The translations under genes and the position numbers were made by a program. Positions 8,968 to 16,145 of a stretch of DNA of 64,000 nt are shown piece by piece. The stretch's first letter is position 1; each line of letters opens with the position of its first letter. The notes beneath the pieces were generated by a model that was not told the DNA's origin, did not search any database, and was given only the letters and a program-made list of their open reading frames with translations. This stretch comes from Candidatus Latescibacterota bacterium (GTDB lineage Bacteria; Latescibacterota; UBA2968; GCA-2709665), in NCBI GenBank assembly GCA_965205485.1, contig OZ242180.1, forward strand, positions 512,001-576,000, given 5' to 3'.

Positions 8968-11694
8968 CTAGCCGGAATTACCGAATGCGTCCACAAACTC
9001 GAAGAAGTCGGCAAAGTTCACGATGCCGTTGCCGTCCAGGTCATATTTAGCATCTGTGGTGCCAAAGGCGTCCACGAAGTCGAAGAAATCGGCGAAGTTG
9101 ACGATGCCGTCGCCGTTGAAATCGGCCGTCTTTTGTCCGGGCGGCGCCGGAGGCGCGGTAGTAACGGGTGCCGCCAGAACCAGCCAGAACGGTCTGTCCA
9201 GTCCGTCGGCGCTGGTGACCAGGTCTTCGACGTTCGTACCGTCCAGGTCCGCGCGTTGGATCTTGCTGGCGGTCCAGTCCGACCAGTACATTTTGCCGTT
9301 GCCCAGATCCAGAGCCAGCGCGACCGGCTCGTCCACACCGCTGGTGACCAGGTCTTCGACGTTCGTGCCGTCCAGATCCGCACGTTGTATCCTGGACCTC
9401 TCCCGATCCGTCCAGTACATCTTGCCGTTCCCCACGTCCAGCGCCAGCCCGCTCGGGCGGCCCAGACCGCTGGTGACCAGGTCTTCGACGTTCGTGCCGT
9501 CCAGATCCGCGCGCTGAATCTTGTCGTTTTCTCCGTCGGTCCAGTACATCTTGCCGTTGGGCACGTCCAGCGTCAGCCCGCCCGGACTCACCAGACCGCT
9601 GGTGACCAGGTCTTCGACGTTCGTGCCGTCCAGGTCCGCACGCTGAATCTTATCCGTGTCCCAGTCGGTCCAGTACATTTTGCCGTTCCCCACGTCCAGC
9701 GCCAGCGCGACGGGCCTGTCCAGCCCGTCGGAACTCGTGACCAGGTCTTCGACGTTTGTGCCGTCCAGATCCGCGCGCCGGATTTTTTCGGCGATCCAGT
9801 CCGCCCAGTACAACTTACCGTTCCCCACGTCCACCGCCAGCCCCCACAAACCGCTCTGACCGCCGGGACCGGTGACCAGCACGTCCTTTACGTTCGATCC
9901 ATCAAGGTTGGCGCTTTGGATCTTGTAATTGACATGAGTCCAATACATTTGTGGCGCCTTCGTGGCCGGCGGTTCGCTCACGTCCGTCAGGTTGATCGTC
10001 ACGGCGATGGTGGCGCTGCCGCCCTGGCCGTCGGACACGCGCACGGTAACCTCATAGCGGTTCTTCACTTCGTAGTCGTAGACGACGCCTGTTTTGGTCT
10101 GTAGCTGACCGCTTGTTGTGATGATTGTGAAACTCGCAGCATCGGTACCCTCCAGGCTGTAGGCCGGCGTACCGCCGTCGTTATCCGTCGCGGTCACCGG
10201 ATTGCCTATGTTCTGTCCCGCGCCCGCGTTTTCGGCGAAGCTGCGCGTAGCGCCGGCGCCCTCGCTGAACGTGGGTACCTGATTGGTCCCGCCACCTGTC
10301 TCCGCGGTAACCGGCAACGTCGCGGTGAGCGGATCGCCGTTGTAGTTCGCGATCGCGTCCGCGCCCACAGTGAACGTCAACGTGCCGTCGGTGTTCATGT
10401 CACCGTTGAATTCGAGTTCGACCGTCGTTACCGTGTCGCTGACGCGCCTGATTCCGAATCTCCCGATGCTCGCCCCCGCAATCCCCGACAACGACACGGC
10501 GTCCCGAATGTCCAGGGCGGAACGCGTGTAGAATGCGCCCGAAAGCGTCAGCGTCACCACGCTGCCGTCCAGCGTCGCCTCGGTCAAGGGAGACGTTGTC
10601 GTTGCAGTGACCGATTCGATCCCCGCGCTCACCGGCAACTGCGCCGTCAGCGACGCGCCGCTGTAGCTCGCGATGGCGCCGGCCGCCACCGTAAACGTCA
10701 ACGTGCCGTCTTCGTCGATGTCGCCGCTGTACGAGAGCGCAACCGTGACCTTCGTGTCGCTCACCCGCTGAATGCCGAACGTACCCACGCTTACGCCCGC
10801 AATCCCCGTTACCGACACGCCACGCCGCACGTCGAAGATCGAACTCTCATAGGATCTTCCTGTAAGCGTTAGCGTCACCACACTCCCGTTCAGCGTCGCC
10901 TCGGTTAACGTCTGTGGGGTTGTCGCAACGAATTTTTCTTCCAACCCAGTCACAGACACCTGGTCGGTCAGAGCGACGCCGTTGTAGTTCGCGAGGGCAC
11001 CCGCGCCTACCGTGAACGTCAACGCACCATCCTCGTCGATGTCGCCGTTGAACGATAGTTTCACCGTCACCTTAGAGTCGCTTACACGCTGCACCCCGAA
11101 CGTGCCCACGCTCACGCCCGCGATTCCCGACACGGACACGCCGCGCCGGACGTCAAAGATCGAACTCTCGAATGCCCGTCCAGCCAGCGTCAGCGTCACC
11201 ACGCTCCCGTCCAGTGTCGCCTCGGTCAATGGCGACGCGGTCGACCCATCCACCGTCTCTTCCACGGACGGGACAGATAAATCCCTGGTGAGCGCGGCGC
11301 CGTTGTATGCCGCGATCGCCCCCGCACCAACCGTGAACGTTAGTGTTCCTTCTTCGTCGAAGTCGCCGTTGAAATCCAGTTCTACCGTCAATTTGGTATC
11401 GCTTGTGCGCGTAATCCCGAACGTCCCCACGCTCACGCCCGCAATGCCCGATACCGACACCGCCCGTCGGATGGAGAAGATGGATCGCTCGAAAGTACGC
11501 CCCGCGAGCGTCACGGTAACCTCACTGCCGTCCAGCGTCGCTTCGGTCAACGGCGACGCTGTCGACACGGTGATCGACTCCTGAACCGCGGGAACGGGAA
11601 CCTGAGCGTAGGCCGAAACCGGCAGGGCAATTGCCGCCAAAACGACGACAAATACCACCGGCGCGAATCGTCGATCCACTACTGGCCGTTTCAT
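8968..11694 (-). CDS. Secreted adhesin-like protein: four 107-aa TEATL repeats + cadherin + six YWTD (LDL-receptor class B) repeats + dockerin-like tag
   Basis: Signal peptide; PLTEATLDGS repeats at an exact 321-bp period; cadherin motifs NQVPTF..AEN..ATDND..DYE..TDVSEPP; KMYWTD repeats; DFNGDGIVNFADF twice. Confidence 0.9.
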   Translation of the reverse strand: MKRPVVDRRFAPVVFVVVLAAIALPVSAYAQVPVPAVQESITVSTASPLTEATLDGSEVTVTLAGRTFERSIFSIRRAVSVSGIAGVSVGTFGITRTSDTKLTVELDFNGDFDEEGTLTFTVGAGAIAAYNGAALTRDLSVPSVEETVDGSTASPLTEATLDGSVVTLTLAGRAFESSIFDVRRGVSVSGIAGVSVGTFGVQRVSDSKVTVKLSFNGDIDEDGALTFTVGAGALANYNGVALTDQVSVTGLEEKFVATTPQTLTEATLNGSVVTLTLTGRSYESSIFDVRRGVSVTGIAGVSVGTFGIQRVSDTKVTVALSYSGDIDEDGTLTFTVAAGAIASYSGASLTAQLPVSAGIESVTATTTSPLTEATLDGSVVTLTLSGAFYTRSALDIRDAVSLSGIAGASIGRFGIRRVSDTVTTVELEFNGDMNTDGTLTFTVGADAIANYNGDPLTATLPVTAETGGGTNQVPTFSEGAGATRSFAENAGAGQNIGNPVTATDNDGGTPAYSLEGTDAASFTIITTSGQLQTKTGVVYDYEVKNRYEVTVRVSDGQGGSATIAVTINLTDVSEPPATKAPQMYWTHVNYKIQSANLDGSNVKDVLVTGPGGQSGLWGLAVDVGNGKLYWADWIAEKIRRADLDGTNVEDLVTSSDGLDRPVALALDVGNGKMYWTDWDTDKIQRADLDGTNVEDLVTSGLVSPGGLTLDVPNGKMYWTDGENDKIQRADLDGTNVEDLVTSGLGRPSGLALDVGNGKMYWTDRERSRIQRADLDGTNVEDLVTSGVDEPVALALDLGNGKMYWSDWTASKIQRADLDGTNVEDLVTSADGLDRPFWLVLAAPVTTAPPAPPGQKTADFNGDGIVNFADFFDFVDAFGTTDAKYDLDGNGIVNFADFFEFVDAFGNSG

Positions 11695-11707
11695 AAGTCA
11701 GTATCCC

Positions 11708-14700
11708 CTATTTAAAGGTGCCAAGTGTCACCCGTCCGCCCTCGATACTGCATCCTCCGGCGGCGATACAGGTATATCGTGTCCCGTCCTGCAGCTCGAT
11801 CAGACCGCCGTTCTGGAAGCTAAGTACCGCGCGCCCCCCTTTAATTGTAAGACTTGCTTTCCGAAGGAGCTTTGGTACGAAAAAGCCGGTCGGAAAATTC
11901 GGGAGCGCGTCACCAACGCCATAGACTCCTCTCCCACTGATTCCGCTGAGTGCACCAACGGCGAGCCCTGATGGATCGACCAGTCCGTCGGCGCTCGTGA
12001 GCAGATCCTCGACGTTGGAGCCGTCCAGATTCGCGCGCTGTACCTTGTCGGCATCCACGTCCGTCCAGTACATCTTGCCGCCGGACACGTCCAGGTCCAG
12101 CCCGTTGGGGCTCGTCAGGCCGCTGGTCACCAGGTCTTCCACGTTGGAACCGTCCAGACTGGCGCGCTGGATCTTCTTAGTTCCGCGGTCGGTCCAGTAC
12201 ATCTTGCCGCCGGACAGATCGAGAGCAAGGCCGGTGGGGCTGCTCAGGCCGCTCGTAACCAGGTCTTCGACGTTGGAACCATCCAGTCCCGAACGCTGGA
12301 TCTTGTCCGAACCGGGATTCGTCCAGTACAATTTGCCGTTGGCCGCGTCGAGTGCGATTTCACCCGGAAACGCCAGGCCGGCGAGAGTGAGAATGTCCTC
12401 CACGTTGGAACCGTCCAGATCCGCACGCTGGATCTTGCCGTTTTGCCGATTTGTCCAGTACATCTTGCCGCCGGATACGTCGAGCGCAAGACCGTACGGC
12501 ACGCTCAGGCCGCTGGCGACGAGGTCCTCCACGTTGGAACCGTCCAGGTCCGCGCGCTGCACCTTGTTTGTGCCCGCGTCGGTCCAGTACATCTTGCCGC
12601 CGGCCATATCCAGGGCTAACCCGTCCGGCCCGTCCAGCCCGCCGCCGGTGACAAGGTCTTCGACGTTCGAGCCGTCCAGGTCCCCGCGCTGGATCTTATC
12701 CGTACCCCAGTCGGTCCAATACAGCTTCGACGTTCCCGTGACGGGCGGCGGCACCGTCGCGACCGTGATGCTCACCGCGGCTGAGCAGTTGTTTCCGGTA
12801 TCGGATTCGCCGGTTAATGCATCCACGCAGGCGCCGTAGTGGTAAGTGCCGGCGGATGACGGCGCCGTCAGGTTGATCGACTTGGCGCTGGTGCCGGAAG
12901 CGGCGAGCCCGCCCACTGCATCCGTTCCGACTTCTGTGTCACTCGTGGAAATGGTCGCGTCCGCAGAACTGAAGTACCGTAACGTCGATGCCGCGGAAGG
13001 ACCAGTGCCACGGTTACGGACCGTCGCACTCAGCGTGAACGTTGCACCCGTATCCGGGCTGCTGCTGCTGACCGAAGGCGTATCCACGATCAGGTCCGGC
13101 GAAGCGCCGCCGCCACCGCCCGTCCCGGGACCGCTTCCTCCACCATTGCCCGGCGCGGTCGCCACGGCCACGCCCGACGGATCGACCAGTCCGTTCGTGC
13201 CGGTTAACAGGTCTTCCACGCCGGAGCCGTCGAGGTTCGCGCGTTGCACCTTGTTCGTGCCCGCGTCCGCCCAGTACATCTTCCCGCCGGACACGTCCAG
13301 CGCCAGACCATTCGGACTATGCAATCCGCTCATGACCAGGTCTTCCACGTTGGCCCCGCTGAGGTCCGCACGCTGAATTTTGTCCGAGCGCCGGTCCGTC
13401 CAGTACATCTTGCCGCCGGATACGTCGAGTGCGATTCCGGTGGGACTGTTCACGCCACTGGTGACCAGGTCTTCGACCCCCGAGCCGTCCAGGTTCGCGC
13501 GCTGAATCTTGTTCGCGCCCGGATTCGTCCAGTACATCTTGCCCCCGGACACGTCAAGCGCCAGTCCGCCGGGGAACGTCAGGCCGCTGGTAACCAGGTC
13601 TTCCACGTTGGCGCCACTCAGGTCGGCACGCTGGATCTTGTTCGTCTGCCTGTTCGTCCAGTACATCTTGCCCCCGGACACGTCAAGCGCCAGACCGTAC
13701 GGGATTCCCAGGCCCGTGACCAGGTCCTCCACGTTGGCGCCATTCAGATCCGCGCGCTGGATCTTGTTGGTTCCAGCGTCCGTCCAGTACACCTTTCCCC
13801 CCGCCATATCCAGCGCCAATCCGTCAGGCCCGTCCAGTCCGCCGCCGGTGACCAGGTCTACGACGTTTGAGCCGTCGAGGTTGGCGCGCTGGATCTTGTC
13901 CGTGCCCCAGTCCGTCCAGTACACATTCGACGTTCCCGCCGCAGGCGGGGTCACGGTCGCTACGGTAAGCGCGACGGAAGGCGAGCAGTTATTCCCGGAA
14001 TTGGACTCGCCGGAAACCGCGTCGACGCATGCACCGTAATAGTAGGTTCCGGGACTCGATGGCGCCGTCAGATTGATCGATTGATTACTGGTCCCCGACG
14101 CGGCGAGCCCGCCTACAGCGTCCGTGCCTACTGCCACGTCGCTCGTTGAGACGGTCGCGTCCGTCGAACGGTAGTACCGCAACGTCGTCGCGGCAGCCGG
14201 GCCGCTCCCACCATTACGCACCGTGGCGTTGAACGTAAAGGATGCCCCCGCGGATACGCGACCGCTGCTTAGGGAAAGGGCCGAAACGACGAGGTCAGGG
14301 CCGCCTCCACCCCCGCCGCCGGATGGGGGCACGGTGTCGCCGAAGCTGTCGGCGAAGATCAGAAAATCCGTGAAGTCTACCGATCCATCGGCATTCAGGT
14401 CCTGTGCGGCATTGTACCTGGCGTCACCCTGCCGCGACCCGAACGTGCTTCCGAAGATCAGAAAGTCCGAAAAGCCCACGGCGCCGTCGCCGTCGAAGTC
14501 GGGAGACGGCGCGGCGTTGAACATGACGCTACTGCTTGTCCGGAGTACGTCGCTCGACGTGAGACTCTCCGCGAGAGTAACCGACTCAAGCCCAATCGAA
14601 AACTCACGGCCCGCGACGTCGGCAACGGTCCTAAACTCCGCGCGAGCCAGAAAACCCGAAGACGCCAACGTGACGGCGTTGCCCGCTGCCAGGTTGGCGC

Positions 14701-15025
14701 CGACGGCGCCCTCGGGAAGCACGAGGGGGAACGCGCTGTTTTCGGCCTTTACGAATGACAGCAGCGTAGCGTCGAAGTCGAATTTGATGATCATCCCGGC
14801 AAGGGACGTCCGCACGCCGGTAGCGAATACCTCAACGGCGATGGTTGTGCCCCGACCGGCAACCGTACCCGACGTGATCCCGTCATCCGTCCGGTTGCCG
14901 GCGCCTCCCCCGGGAATCAGGTCGAGCGACAACACGGCATTGGCATTGGCGCCGGCCAAAGCCTGCCCGGCAAAGGCGACGACCGCGAGGGCCGCAATCA
15001 ACGACAAACTTCGTTTTGGAAGCAT
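11708..15025 (-). CDS. Secreted modular protein: cohesin-like N-domain + internal dockerin-like tag + two (CARDB + YWTD propeller) modules + small Cys-pair C-domain
   Basis: Start MLPKRSLSL with AAGGAG RBS; all-beta N-domain TIAVEVFATGV..LAGMIIKFDFDATLLSFVKAE..GFLARAEF; DFDGDGAVGFSDF..DLNADGSVDFTDF; PDLVV/PDLIV..YYGACVDAV..NNCS CARDB; two sets of six YWTD. The cohesin call is tentative. Confidence 0.85.
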   Translation of the reverse strand: MLPKRSLSLIAALAVVAFAGQALAGANANAVLSLDLIPGGGAGNRTDDGITSGTVAGRGTTIAVEVFATGVRTSLAGMIIKFDFDATLLSFVKAENSAFPLVLPEGAVGANLAAGNAVTLASSGFLARAEFRTVADVAGREFSIGLESVTLAESLTSSDVLRTSSSVMFNAAPSPDFDGDGAVGFSDFLIFGSTFGSRQGDARYNAAQDLNADGSVDFTDFLIFADSFGDTVPPSGGGGGGGPDLVVSALSLSSGRVSAGASFTFNATVRNGGSGPAAATTLRYYRSTDATVSTSDVAVGTDAVGGLAASGTSNQSINLTAPSSPGTYYYGACVDAVSGESNSGNNCSPSVALTVATVTPPAAGTSNVYWTDWGTDKIQRANLDGSNVVDLVTGGGLDGPDGLALDMAGGKVYWTDAGTNKIQRADLNGANVEDLVTGLGIPYGLALDVSGGKMYWTNRQTNKIQRADLSGANVEDLVTSGLTFPGGLALDVSGGKMYWTNPGANKIQRANLDGSGVEDLVTSGVNSPTGIALDVSGGKMYWTDRRSDKIQRADLSGANVEDLVMSGLHSPNGLALDVSGGKMYWADAGTNKVQRANLDGSGVEDLLTGTNGLVDPSGVAVATAPGNGGGSGPGTGGGGGASPDLIVDTPSVSSSSPDTGATFTLSATVRNRGTGPSAASTLRYFSSADATISTSDTEVGTDAVGGLAASGTSAKSINLTAPSSAGTYHYGACVDALTGESDTGNNCSAAVSITVATVPPPVTGTSKLYWTDWGTDKIQRGDLDGSNVEDLVTGGGLDGPDGLALDMAGGKMYWTDAGTNKVQRADLDGSNVEDLVASGLSVPYGLALDVSGGKMYWTNRQNGKIQRADLDGSNVEDILTLAGLAFPGEIALDAANGKLYWTNPGSDKIQRSGLDGSNVEDLVTSGLSSPTGLALDLSGGKMYWTDRGTKKIQRASLDGSNVEDLVTSGLTSPNGLDLDVSGGKMYWTDVDADKVQRANLDGSNVEDLLTSADGLVDPSGLAVGALSGISGRGVYGVGDALPNFPTGFFVPKLLRKASLTIKGGRAVLSFQNGGLIELQDGTRYTCIAAGGCSIEGGRVTLGTFK

Positions 15026-15215
15026 CGGGGAACACTCCTTTGTTTCGACGACGAGTGTGTTCAGGTACTTTGACCGTGGGTTAAATGCGGCACATGCGGT
15101 TTCGGTGTCAGGAACGCCCCCCTGCCTCGGCGCTGCCACCGGAATGCCGTGCGATACCGCGGACTGACCGCGACACCGCGTCCATGAGATCAAAGACGTT
15201 TGCTTGCCGTTGAAC

Positions 15216-16025
15216 CTATTTCAGCAACAGCATCCTTTTGGTCGCTGAGAAACTGCCGGCCTGAATCCGATACAGGTAGATGCCGCTGGCAACGTGCCTG
15301 CCCAGCGCGTCCGTCCCGTCCCACGTCGCCGTAAAAGATCCGGCGCTTTTTTGTTCATTCACCAGTACGCGCACTTCCTGGCCCAGAAGATTGTAGATCG
15401 CCAGCCGGACCACTCCTGCCTCTGGCAACTGGTAGCCGATGGCGGTGGAGGGGTTGAACGGATTCGGCATATTCTGCTCCAGGCTGAATCGATCCGGCAG
15501 CGGTTTCAGATCGCCGATCTCAGCGTGGTGGAGCATGTCAACGGCGCCATCCACGCCCACCAGAACGCTCTCCGATACCTGAAAGTCGGACGACAACGGC
15601 GTTCCGCTCGTCCTGAAAACAAGCTCGACGAGCTTCCCGCCGCCGCTGGCGCCCTGCCCGTCGATCTTCACCGCGCCGACGTCCACCTGCCCCGGCGTCC
15701 GGTTCGAGGAAAGGAACAGCGTCTCCTGTCCGGAGCCGGATTTCAGCAAATTCCCGTCCAGTTCCGTGGCATTCACGAACTCGTACTTCACTGGATCGTA
15801 CTGCAGGGATAACCCGTAACCCTTCAGGTCGGTGGTCTGCGCCACCGACACCTGCAGCTTCAGAATGTCGCTTTCCGCGTCCGGGTCGTTCACGCGTTCC
15901 AGCCTGAGCGTAGCGGCGGCGTTCCGTCCTCCGGTGATGGTCAATCCTCTGGTCATCTCACCGGCCGATGCCGGTCCGATCAGCACAAACGCCGCAAGAA
16001 CCGTTGAAACAATGTGAGTCCACAT
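15216..16025 (-). CDS. Secreted cohesin-like domain + T9SS type A / FlgD-Ig C-terminal sorting domain protein
   Basis: Start MWTHIVST with AAGGAG RBS; LQVSV..DLKGYGLSLQYDPVKYEFV..SGGGKLVELVF is a cohesin-like pattern; CTD LEQNMPNPFNPST..IYNLLGQEV..WDG..ASGIYLYRI..TKRMLLLK. Confidence 0.8.
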   Translation of the reverse strand: MWTHIVSTVLAAFVLIGPASAGEMTRGLTITGGRNAAATLRLERVNDPDAESDILKLQVSVAQTTDLKGYGLSLQYDPVKYEFVNATELDGNLLKSGSGQETLFLSSNRTPGQVDVGAVKIDGQGASGGGKLVELVFRTSGTPLSSDFQVSESVLVGVDGAVDMLHHAEIGDLKPLPDRFSLEQNMPNPFNPSTAIGYQLPEAGVVRLAIYNLLGQEVRVLVNEQKSAGSFTATWDGTDALGRHVASGIYLYRIQAGSFSATKRMLLLK

Positions 16026-16145
16026 TGCAAACTCCTTTTTTGTCACCGGTTCGGTGACGTGGTGAATACAGCAGACAGCGGGGAGCCCGCGAACGGGCGA
16101 GGTTTCTTGCAGAACACGGCATTCCTGGCGTCAATGCGCCCTGAA

